Positions 25,377 through 37,700 of a stretch of 64,000 nt of DNA are shown piece after piece (within the stretch, counting starts at the first letter, position 1; each line of letters opens with the position of its first letter). The DNA comes from Amphiscolops sp. MND2022 (Eukaryota): NCBI GenBank assembly GCA_964187785.1, contig OZ076421.1, forward strand, positions 47,306,001 through 47,370,000, read 5' to 3'. The notes beneath the pieces were generated by a model, which did no database searches, was not told the origin of the DNA, and saw nothing but the letters and a program-made list of their open reading frames with translations. The translations under genes were made by a program, and so were the position numbers.

Positions 25377-25772
25377 CCTTTGATTTTGCAATCAGCACTC
25401 GCGCGATAATTTCCGAGCATTGGAAATCCTCCAAGAAACTCCATTACGACGCCAAGCAGGGAACTTTTGACTGCAACAGATCTGTTGCAGTGTGGTGTGG
25501 ATTCTTCACATCGATTACATTACGTGGCTTTTCAAGAAATGAGGAAAGTGGAGTGAAACAATTTTCTGGATTCTTGCACTAATACCGTGTGTAACCTGCG
25601 AAGAATCGCCGAAACAAAATTTTCACTGTTTTCCTGAATTCTTGAAATTTTGTGGATTCTTCGTTTTAGCAATTATTAGCAATTTTTAGTTTGAAGTCCA
25701 ACAATCTTTCCAAGAAGTGATTGAAAACTTACAAAAACTCGCCAACTTTTCAAAACGTTTCAACTAGGATGA

Positions 25773-26958
25773 TGTCATGCCTGACGCATGATAATACTGA
25801 ACAACGATGCTCTCAACTGAACAACATCAGTAAAAGGTGAACCGACAATACGCGCCGAAATGCAAATGGGGAAAAGAATGTAGTTATATACACGGCATCA
25901 CTAAAACCAAAAAACTAAAACTCTTCAATTACATCATTTTTACATTATTTACATGTCATCACACAACAACCCAATCCCATTTTCATTATAAACATACACT
26001 CTTAACATGACTTTTCTCAACCCATTCCTAAAGTGCATCACGTAATGTAGTTGATATACTATCGTCAGAACTATTTTTAAAGTAATTATTTTATTCATTT
26101 CTTCATTAGTTAAACCAGGCTATGCTGGTAACTCAACCACTCCATTTTATTGCTCAAGCATATAGCGTTAATGACATAAACATATTTCATTCCATATGTA
26201 AGTCATGTTGGTAATATAACCACATCACAGTGCTTTCTAAATTTACATGTAACGATGGTAATATACCACCATTATAGTGCATTATTACTCATTTCAATTA
26301 GTGTAGTAAATTTAACAAACATTATGCGTCGCGATGGCAACGCAACATCATCGTAAAGCCTCAAATAGTACAACCACCAGTATGTCGCAATTAACACCTC
26401 ATTAGTAGTGCAGTGCTATTGGTCAATACAGTCACGTGACGTTGTCACGTGACCGACATTGCGAAATTGATAAGGGGTGCAAAAAGACAGCCATTAACCT
26501 TTGGTATAACTTGACGCTCAGTAGCTTACCACATCATTGCGAAAGATTAACCTTTCTCTTCAAAACTTAAATTCAACCTTAAAATCTCAATTCAAATTCT
26601 TTCAACAATTCCAGTTCTTTATACAAAATGGTAAATACACGATCTCAGGCAAGAAGTTCCATCCCAGTATTCATGGGTAAAACAAGTAGAAATGACCGTG
26701 TTAGTGATTCCGAAAGTGAATGCAGTATTCCCGACCTCCTCACAAGAGAACAAATTGATGAATTAGAAAATGAAAACCTCATTCATTCTGAACAACACTC
26801 CGATCAAACGACTATTGACCAACGTTTCTCGAGTATGAATAGACAAATTAATGAGCTTACTGGACTAGTATTAGCTTTAACGGAAAAGTTATCCTCCAGT
26901 CATGGAGAAGGGAACGGTCAAAATACAGTTATCGATAAGACTAACGCACGTTCCGACA
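25773..26958 (+). repeat. Element A 5' LTR (1186 bp)
   Basis: TGTCATGCC...TTCCGACA, repeated at 39806-40991; followed directly by the PBS. Confidence 0.97.
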
Positions 26959-26971
26959 TGGTGACAGGAGT
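26959..26971 (+). promoter_or_regulatory. Element A PBS, tRNA-Leu-like, inside the gag ORF
   Basis: TGGTGACAGGAGT abuts the LTR end; one mismatch to the tRNA-Leu(CAG) complement TGGTGTCAGGAGT; first 12 nt identical in B. Confidence 0.75.
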
Positions 26972-28138
26972 CCCTCAGACCAACCTCCTGGCGAACCCAC
27001 ACACAACACAACAATCAACCTCCAGATACCCTCAGCCACCCGCCAGCCAGTTCGACGACATTGTCAGTGAAATTCACCATCTACGAGACACAATGACGGA
27101 TACAGTGCAGCATCCCAAAATCCTGCACACACAAGTCCCGCTCTTCAGAGGAAACCGGAAGAAATATAACGAATTCGAACACTTGCTACTTAATCACCTC
27201 AGACCGCACCAGCACAAGCTGTCTGAAGAGCAGAAACTCACATATTTCCAGAGTTTACTGCGAGACGACGCCATCGAGTTCTGGCAATCACTGAAGATGA
27301 CGAGCCAGACCACACTCGCCCAAGTCCTCCGCTACTTCAAGAAAGAATACGCGAAAGAAGATCTGAAGGAAGTAGCGAAATACAAATTCGATCAAATGCG
27401 CTACGATCCGACAGCTGAGACGTTCAAGGACTTTTTGAACAAATTCAAAAAAGTGGCGAAACAAGCATTTGGAGATAAATCAAGCGACATAACGGAAACC
27501 TTTCTGATCGCTAAACTGCCCGTCCAAATGCAGAACGAATTGGCTATGGCTGGGAAACACGATGCGTCCATGGAAGAAATACGGACATTTGTTCAACGAC
27601 GATGCCAATACGCCCAGCTCATACCAAATACAACGCCACAACCATTCAACCAGATCAGCGCTCCACAACACAATGCAGCTGAACCTCAGTCATCAAACTC
27701 CCAACCACCCCAAAACCGGGAGACGAAACGAAAAGTCGACGGACAATGCCGCCACTGTGGAATCACAAGCCACAAGTGGGCCGAATGCCGTAAGCGCCTC
27801 AGGGAGGAAGCGCAAAACAAAAACGGCCACAACCAACAACAACCAGCTCAACCCACCAACACCCAGGACGTCAAACCTAAATACAACCCCAAGTTGGTGT
27901 GCCAAATATGTGGCAAAGTGGGACACTCCGCCCGAGACTGCTACTACAGAAATACGACGACGTCAGCCTATAGAAGCGTCCCGTATTCTTAGCAGTCGAC
28001 CGAAGAAAACAAGCAGTTCCGCCGCGACTTCAGACAAACTAACAACACGGTCTACAACGCGAACGAACTGTCCCACGCCACCAACGATGAAACTGATCAT
28101 GTCGAAGAAACGGAAAGGCACGATGACGTAGAAGACCC

Positions 28139-28145
28139 AAAAAAC
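28139..28145 (+). promoter_or_regulatory. Predicted -1 ribosomal frameshift site A AAA AAC (element A)
   Basis: X XXY YYZ heptamer in gag phase; the -1 frame is open from 28145 into the pol ORF at 28211. Confidence 0.75.
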
Positions 28146-31100
28146 GTCTAGAGCCACGTCATCCTCTACAATCATACAAAAGTGCGCTACTAAATCAACG
28201 ACAACAAACTATGACCCAGACTCGACTACATACTGGAAAAAACACGGGGTGGCAGTCCCGTCCTTCAACTTACACTAAGGAGACTACAAACTTTGTCATC
28301 ACCCGACATTCGACCGATAATTACTCCATTAAACCAAAAGAAACGAAACCAAGAAGTGAAGTCAACAACATAAATCAGCCTCCCACCAATGACGCAGCCC
28401 CTAACCAAACAAACGCTGATACAACAACCACTTCCGCCAAATCACCAAAACCACCAAGAAAGCCGAAGTACGAAATACGTCAGCTGAGTGCCACTCTTCA
28501 ACTGAACAGAAAAGACAGGATGCTCTATGTACCACTTCAATTCCGTGCATACGAGAACTTCGGTCTACTCGACACCGGCGCAATCCAAAGCGCCCTCTCT
28601 GAAGCTGAACTCCGTCGAATCCTCACGGCTCACCCAGCAGCCCTCCCTGAAGAACTCCCTGCTCCAGAGTTCAAGGTACAAATCGCCAATGGCAATATTG
28701 TACCTGTGAGGAAACAAGTCCTTCTACGATTTTTTATTGGCGGCAAAATCTTCGAGGAAACGTTCATGGTCCTCCCGACGATGGGGAACATCCTCATAGG
28801 AATGTCGTTCTTTAAAAAGTACTCAGTCACCCTAGACCTCGCCAACAACATCGTCAAATTCCCGGACATCACACTCCAATTGCGATCAGTCAACGGCAGA
28901 TTCAAAAATAAACTACTAGAACTGAAGACCACCCAGAAGATAGTGCTTCAACCAAACCAACAAGTGTTCACTCCAGTGGTGATTGAACGTGATCTAGGCG
29001 ACATCACCGGGACAGTCGAAGGATTACCTGCATTTGAACGACGCACGAACCTACTGGTGTCGCCAGCTCTCAGCGAAACCCAGGAGGGCCGGACTCATGT
29101 CCAGATTACCAATCCACTAGATTATCAGATAACGATCAATGTGGGCACGGCTGTAGCATCCTTCAAAATATTGACGCCGAAGCAAGCAACCAATCTGCAG
29201 CCGATGGCCGACCATCAACTGAATCTGATCTCACAGTACCCAGACGAAGCTGAAGCTGTACTGAACCAGATTTTCCAGGACCCTACTGCCAAATCAGACA
29301 GACGTTGGTACCCTACCCCTGAGACGTGTGACGACCCATCAAAACTAAACAAGATCGAGAAACGAATCTATGAGGAGATCATCAAACTCAGGGAACAGGA
29401 GAAACTTGATCCGACGACGAGCGAAGAGCAACGACACGAATTCCTGGCAAACTTTCAGTGGGAACAATCAATACTGAGTCCGCACGAAAAGCAGCAAGTT
29501 GAGGCCCTATTGGTTAAGTACCATGACATCTTCGCCAGGCATAGACTGGATATTGGAATCAACACCGAATTCAAGATAAAGTTGACTCCTAAACACGACG
29601 AGCCAGTCTATGCACAAAGTCTGCCTACACCGACGAACTTGAAAGACGACCTCCTAGTTGAGCTGGCAATGATGCAAGAGTACGGTATAATCACAACATT
29701 TACCGTACAGCAAGTACTCATCACCCATCTTCGCCCAGCGTAAACCGAATGGAAAACTGAGAATACTCGTAGACCTTAGGAGGATCAATCACCTGTTAAA
29801 GAATGACTATAACCAGCATAACCATCCAGTGACGACGATGGCCGATGCAGCACAACATATGGCTGGGAAGAGATACTTCTGCAAACTGGATTGTTCGCAA
29901 GCGTATCACTGCTTGCAGATGGCAGACGAGCAATCAATTCAGTTGCTTGCATTCAACTTTGGAAGCAGGACGTTCGCCTTCCTCAGACTGGCCCAAGGAT
30001 TGAACCGGTCCCTGTCAGCTTTCAATAGTACTGTTCGAGAGTACTTGGACCCTCTGGTCAAAGTTGACAAGTGTGCGCAGTACGTTGACGACATCGGCAT
30101 TGCAGCCAGCACTGTTGAAGAATTAGTCGACAACATAGAGGCCGTGTTCACCAAAGTCAGACAAGCAGGTCTCAAACTTTCGATGTCGAAGTGTGCATTT
30201 GGTCACCTCGAAATCGAATTCCTTGGCAGAAGCATTACCAGTAAAGGCATCGGGCCCATCGAGAAGAAGATTGACGACTTCCTGAAAAACATCAAACTGC
30301 CGACGTCAGTGAAATCACTTCAGCGATACATTGGATTTGTACAATTCTACCGGCAGTACATACCGAGACTAGCCGAGAAGTTAGTACCCCTATACAAGTT
30401 GTTGCAAAAGGACGTAAAATTTCAACTCACGCAAGCCCACAAAGACGCAATATTTGACATCAACGAAAATTTGGCAAACTCTGCTAAGATGTCATTGAAA
30501 TTACCACTTCCTGACAAGCAATTGGTGATCATGTGCGACGCCAGTGAGCACGCAGCCGGTTATGTCCTCTTGATAAAAGATTACACTGAAACCAGCGAAG
30601 GTCCGACGAAGTCATATGCTCCAGTGGCGTTTGGTTCACAAAGGTTCACTGAGGGCCAGATGTCACTCACGATGTACGCGAAGGAGTTCCTGGCTATGCA
30701 CTTCGCCTTCGACGAGTTTGCTCATATCTTGTGGGGTGTGAAGAAACCAACCATTGTCATGACAGACAACAAAGCCCTCACAAGATTCTTCCAGTCAAAG
30801 CGGATACCACCCAAGTTGTGGAACTACTGCGATCAAGCACTCCAATTCGACTTCGTCTTAGCCCACGTCCCCGGCGTCGAGAACCCTGCTGCCGATTACC
30901 TATCGAGGATTGATATTGACCCAGCAGACAGGATCCACCTCAAGTTACACGATGAGATACCGGTCTTCAAGGTGGAAATCGACCTGGCATCCAAGACGCC
31001 CAAGCAAGACGATGACGAGGAAGAGTACATCCCTGACGATCATGATGTACCAGATGTCGCCACGTCATCGAACCAGACAATCCAAACACTGATGACGATG

Positions 31101-33161
31101 TTCCCGCAACAACACCGTGAAAGTGACGACCAATACAACGGACGTATCGAGGAGATCAGGTCCCAGATACAACCATTTGTGACGCCCTCTGACCCAACTC
31201 TTCTCTTCACCCGATTTCACCGACGGGACCAGGTCCACATGGTAAATCAGGTATGTCCTTCGGGGGTTTCAAAAATTGTTAAGGCTCAAGGCGAAAGTAG
31301 TGACGTACAACGTGTAATTAGGATCCTTACTGTCCAAGAAACACCTCCTAACCACGTGAACTTTGAAAGTACCTTTTTCCAAAAATTGTTCAAGAACCGT
31401 AAAAGACTTGAAGTGGTTAACAACGTCTTGTACAGACAGTTTTTTGACAACGTTGGACACCTAGCTTACCGACAAATTGTAGTTCCTCCAGAAACTACTG
31501 AAGCCATAATCAGGACGATGCATGGCGACCCCATGCAGGGACACCCTGGCGCTTCCAAAATGTTAAGTGAACTAAGGAAACGGTACTACATCCCAAATCT
31601 AACTGAAAAGGTGCAAGAGTTTGTAAACAATTGCCAAGAATGTATCAAAGCGAAACCTGCGAAACCTAACACTCTAGTACCTCCACTTGAACCAATATAT
31701 GACCCCTGCAACGGTCCTGAAGACATCCTTGAAATTGATCTCGTAGGTGAGTTCTCGCGATCTAATGGGTACTCACACATCCTGACGGCTTGTGATTATT
31801 TTTCGCGTTACCTGTTTGCTATCCCGATCCGCAAACCTGATACGAAGTCCGTCGTTGATGCTCTGCTAGACATTTTCACAAAGCATGCGTACATACCAAA
31901 GCACATTATCACCGATAAAGGCTCTGCTTTCACTTCACAAGTTATAATCGAATTAATGAACAGAGCCGGAATCAAGGTCTCACACGCGACAATCAAACAC
32001 GCCCAATCTATTGGGATGGTCGAAAGGTCACACCAACGTTTAAAACAGATTCTGAAAATAAACGTCTCTGCGGACCGTCCACAGTGGGACCGATATGTTA
32101 ACCTTGCAGTTATGGCGCATAACACAACTTATCATCAGTCCTTAAAATGTTCTCCAACTGAAGTCTTCCACGGCCGAGTGCCATACAACGCTCTAGACCT
32201 GAAATTTAGCAACCCTCTGAATCTACCACGAAACACTGTTGACACAAAAACATTAGTGGACAACCTGAATACAAAGTTCAAAGAGACGCACGCCAACATC
32301 ATCAAGGCTTTTCATAAATACAAAGCGTACTACGACCTAAAAGCGCAAGCATCGCCACTGAAAGTAAACGACTTTGCCTTTCTATTGAATCCTAAAATTA
32401 CAACACAATCTGACAAAATTCCCTTCAACTCCTTTAAATGGGAAGGACCCTACAAGGTAGTCAAAGTCCAATCACATTCAAACTACATCATTAGAAAGGT
32501 GGGTACATTCCGAACACAGTGTGTACATAGAATGCGGCTTCGCCCATTCGTACCACACGACCCCATTGGCGACATAGATGACGATGCGAAAAACTACTAT
32601 AGTGATCCAGACGCTACCGACGACCAAACCATATTTACCGAAAACTTGCCTGCACCCGATATACTAACTCCGGCTGAAAACACAACTGAAACCGACACTA
32701 ATGAATTTGAGGGTGTCGATAAAGAACACGGAACAATCTATTACGAACGCGAACAAATGCACGAGGTTCCACCTCTGCCGAACGCTCTGCCCGATACAGT
32801 TCACCCTGACAAACAATCTGACATGACCGAAGTACAACATGGTATCATCTCGTATGAACGGGAACAAATGTACGAGGTTCCACCTCTACCCGAGCCATTA
32901 CGAGATACCGCTCACACAAACAACACTGAACAAGCTGAATCTGAAAGTCTGCCTGAAGAAATGAATTTGCCGATCAACAATGATGTGGGACCAACCACAT
33001 CCTCACCTGAAACGCCCGAACCAATCACGCGAAACAATATTACCAGATATAGTCTTAGAGAAGCGCCTGTACCAAAAACATACAACAACTTCCTCGTTCA
33101 CGAGTTACAAGCAAAACCGGCACTCTTAAAAATCATGCAACGCAAATCAACAAGCCTTTAG
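28145..33161 (+). pseudogene. pol: Element A pol (PR-RT-RNase H-IN), one frameshift near 29700
   Basis: LLDTGA, ITTLPYSKYSSPIFAQ restored across a 1-nt insertion, YVDD, CDAS, HHCC finger, DLVGE/TDKG/GMVER integrase core. Confidence 0.95.
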
Positions 33162-34736
33162 TAAAAATTTCCTAAAATTTTATTTTCACATTCAAATGAA
33201 TGTAGTCTACATCACCACATGCATCAATCATACCTTTAAATTGTTTAGTCTACTTTACGCAATTCAGTGACGACTGATACTCACTGTCCGACATACTTGA
33301 GTTTACCGGCAGAGTAAATGGTTACTCTCTACCGAGACAGCTGAGCGCAAAAGTAAATACATGTAATGCAGTCATACACACCGCATCACGTTAACCGGAA
33401 ATCATTAAGTACATGTAAAATACATGCAAACGAGCTACTAATTTATGCATTTCACAGAAAACCTCAACCACACGCCTTCAAAGGAATTGCTTTGCAATTC
33501 TGTTCTTACCTACCTTATTGCAGCAGAAATAAACCAATTTAGCAAAGGTAATAACACACAACCGAACATGCAAAAAAGATAGCTGCCTTAGTTAAGTTAC
33601 GCCGCCAAAATCTAGTCCCGCACTTCCGCCCAGGAAATCATGATGTGGTTCGGCTGTGTGGGTGCGTCATCAAAAGCGCGTCTGTGTGGTTGTACAAACA
33701 TTCAGATGAAGCTTGCTCTTTAGCAAGTGGATTCGGTGTTAGTTTTGTATGGGTTTTTGCGACGGCAAATAACCTTCCCAATCCAATGAACAACATATAA
33801 AACTTTCCTAGGACAGTAAAATGCAGTCGTCACCTCTACATCGAAGTTAGATCATGACACTTTTGTTCTTACTGTTGATGCGTAGGCTTCGCCTCGCAGC
33901 AGGAACGACAGAACAACAAAAAACATGTAGTCATATTCACTACATTACCGAAGATTCGTAACAAGGGATGGTACACACCACCCCTTGTCAAAAAGATTAA
34001 TGGCCATGGGGAAACCCATCTACCATTAAGATTGACGTTAACGCTTGACACACGACACGAAGTGATGACGTCGCATGACACACATCAACGATGACGACGT
34101 CAAGAATAACGCTACATGAGAAATAAACATATGTAACACTTGACCTGAACTGACAGATTAAAATGACACTTAAGTTAGTAAACACCTGTCAAACAACCAC
34201 CTAGAGCACTATAAAAGCAGCTACTCAAAATGTTCAAATCATCTGTAGGAGTTGAGCGACTCCACCCACCCACCAAGCTTCCATCTCTGTCATATGTAAG
34301 CCATAATCATGAACAACGCTGACACGAGGATGGCACTTGGTGAGTGAGAGCTTTTCAATGGTAGTTACCTCGGCGACTACTCTACTAGAACTTGAATCAC
34401 TTGCAAAGCTGAGCCTATCACTCCAACATTTTGAAACCAGCTAACGAAGTTCACACGCAAAAAATTAGTATAACACAGTCAACATGTAACCTCACATGAA
34501 AAACATGCAACCTAGCCGACCAATCTGCTAAATGTAGACCAAATCATAGGCCGTCACACAAAATGTAAATCAAAATAAAACATAATCAAATCCCATCGAG
34601 CAAATAGCAAATCTACACTGACAAAAAAAAGAATCGGAATAGCACAAATAATTCACTGTAGTGAATTATGACCAAAAACAAACAGAAAAGATAACAGTTT
34701 CTAAATAAGTTTCACGGTAGACAAGTTCGCATACAT

Positions 34737-37700
34737 TTAATTGCCTGATCCAGACGAATCCAAGTGAATACGGCTCAGTCGTTTCCTCCCGCTCACAACT
34801 ACTTCACTAGCGGAATCGTCATCGGAGCCAGCAACATTAGCTAACTGCAAGTGTTTCGTTCCTCGGGGAATCCCTCCTGTTCTACGCCCAACTGACTGTC
34901 TCGTACGGACACCACAACGACTAGTTGAAGGCATACAACGTCTCGCACCCCTAGGATTCTTAACGGCGGATCTCTTCTTGTGGGGGGCTGTCTGAGCGGC
35001 AAACGGCGCACTGATGCCCAAAGTCACATCAATCTGCCTCCGTGCACTCTTTTTTGACTTAGCACTACTGACACCAATGGGACTGCTTCGCCGTCCAGCT
35101 CCTGGGGGACTCAATACCTCCACAAGATCCAATTGAGCCAAGACATTCGATCGATAATCATCAATAGGCACAGTTGAGGTAGTAGTTAGATCATTGGACA
35201 ATACAGCGTTTCCCAAAGAGAGAGCTTCACTCAGACTTGATTTGATTAACCGATCCCAAGGCCTGCACCGCGCCTCATCTGTTAATCGGGACACTTGCAT
35301 ATCACTCGTAGAACAAACACGTAGTAGCCCAGTGAGCGATTGACGGGTATGACCCGCAAACATCTTCGAAAACCAATTCCTGACAAGATGCAGACTAGAA
35401 CGCTGAGAATCAACAGACATAGCAGTACCAAACTCATCACTGAAGTTAGGGTTGTAAGTTCCGACAACTGCAAGTCCAAACAAAAGATTCAGTACTGACA
35501 ACAACTCTTGACATCGAGACCAAAAAGGATACGAGAACCACATCGTGATTACATCATCCACTGCAGGCATGCCTTCAATCAAGGCCCACTTGGTTTTGAA
35601 AAATTGGGTCACTTCCCGATATTGTCTCAGAGTATTCGCAGCTATGGAGTCGCTCATTAAATTATAACGAGAAAGAGTAGCACAGGTTCCGACCAAAGCA
35701 TCAATACAGCGATCATCAGACCCATGATGCACCAACAGTGGATCGAAAGGAGTCAGACTGAAGTGGTCAATAGCTCCACATTGCCACGTCCCCACAAGCT
35801 CCGTGCATATCACTCCCAACAATTTCTGCACTGACCGGTAGAAGAACGGGAGTTGTGTGCGAACGTCATACCGGAAATACTGACCAAAATGCAGTTGGTA
35901 CAGACTCTCGTCTATTGTAGAGAAATCGCGCTTCACTGGCTTCAGGAGTGAATCCACTTCATACTCAGCAGGTATGGTTGATTCAGGATACACTAAACGC
36001 ATCAGCCTCCGAACGAATTGTGACAGTTCACGCTCAACAACCATGTTACTATCACTGTTGCTCCTACACAATCGAGGGCACGTTTCGGCCACTGTAAACA
36101 CAACGCAACACACGTTAACCCATGCTCATAATTAGTTTGAACGTACCATTTAGAAACAAAAGGGGGGATAAAGAGTTAAGTCGACAAAAGCCACCAATAC
36201 CATGGCTGAACTCAATTACAAGAAAAAACCATACTAACACAAATCCAAAATGAAACGTAGAACGGCAAAACGAGGGCGCATCATGGCATCGTCAAATACC
36301 TGCTCCTCAAGCGGAGTCACCAGGCGCAACTCAGAAGTCACATGGGGGCGATGAGTTCCAAAATAGACTGCGAGGTCGTTCCAGTATTCGACAACTTCTG
36401 CACACAAAGCAGCCAACGAAACCACATCACTTCCTCTGTCTAGTATAAACTATAACAACAAAAGAAACATCCACGCAAGAAAAATAAGTAGACCCCGCAA
36501 AGTAACACCTCCTCTACAAAAAAAAACAAAAATTGGATCAAATGTCCTTTGATATACAACATACTATACATGTATAGTTCAAAATACTCACTTGTTTCAA
36601 ACGAGGCAAACGATCCAGAACACTCTCCTGCACCACGGAGGCTAGTTGAACACGCAAATAGTCCAGAACGCTGAGGGGATCCAGACCCACGAACTCAGCA
36701 AGAAAGTGCTTCCTAACAAGGTCAAACAACCACACTTGCGTCACTCGACCCACAACCAAAGGGTCAACGATCCCGACTGAAGCTGCTAGCGCGTATCCAA
36801 TGCGAGTATCTGACTCCGTGCTGTACGCCCTCATAGAAGAAGCATGTGACAGACTCAACAACACCGGAACAACAGTATCGAGCATTCGCTTCTCCCAACC
36901 GGTCCCGCCGACCACAACACCAAGAACGATTGTTTTCACAGCGTAGTCGCACACCACATGACACTCACGCAACCAATCTGCTTCGTGTCGTCTGATACTG
37001 ACACTTGCGCCTTTACCACGAGCTATCAGTTCATCTAACTGCTCCACGACGAACCGATACAATCCATAGTGAACCAGACTCTGTAAACAAAAGAAAAAAA
37101 AATCAACCTCTTTCTGCACAATTTCAACTATAGCCGCATAGTTGCACACCCAAGCATACAGCCACAACCCTTAGATGACCTCATCACACACAAACAGAAA
37201 TCGACATGAACTTATGTAGATACATACCTGACATCGTGTGTAGGTTAAGGTGCGGCACTCAACTCGCAGTTCCGTATTCATGGTGTCCCGCCACCACTCC
37301 ACCATTTGCATCACATCTCTGAATGTGGTAGTACTACAAAAACTGCTCACAAACTGGCTCAACCACAGGAATGAAACGCTCTCCTCGCCCAAAACAGGTT
37401 TTCCTCCAGAAACCGCTTCAGCCTCTTCAATGGCAACCCTCTCATCAACACTGAGACTCAGCTCTGACTCCAAAAACACAGGCGGTTCAGACATCCGTGC
37501 TCGCCGAATCCGTCTGTCTTCTTCTGCTGACACTGGCCGACATGCCTTATCAAGTAACGGCATCTGCATCATGATGCGAAACTTCTGCTCCACACGGGTG
37601 TGCTCTACACCCCGCCAATGCTCCCACAAGGAAGACAAACCACGTCCGGCAATGCTGAGGTCGACTTTGCACAACAGGCACCTGGCATACCCGTCGACTA

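Larger units (their letters stand above)
26628..28151 (+). pseudogene. gag: Element A gag with premature TAG at 27990-27992
   Basis: Two CCHC knuckles (CRHCGITSHKWAEC, CQICGKVGHSARDC); the frame continues past the TAG to ...DPKNV* at 28151. Confidence 0.9.
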
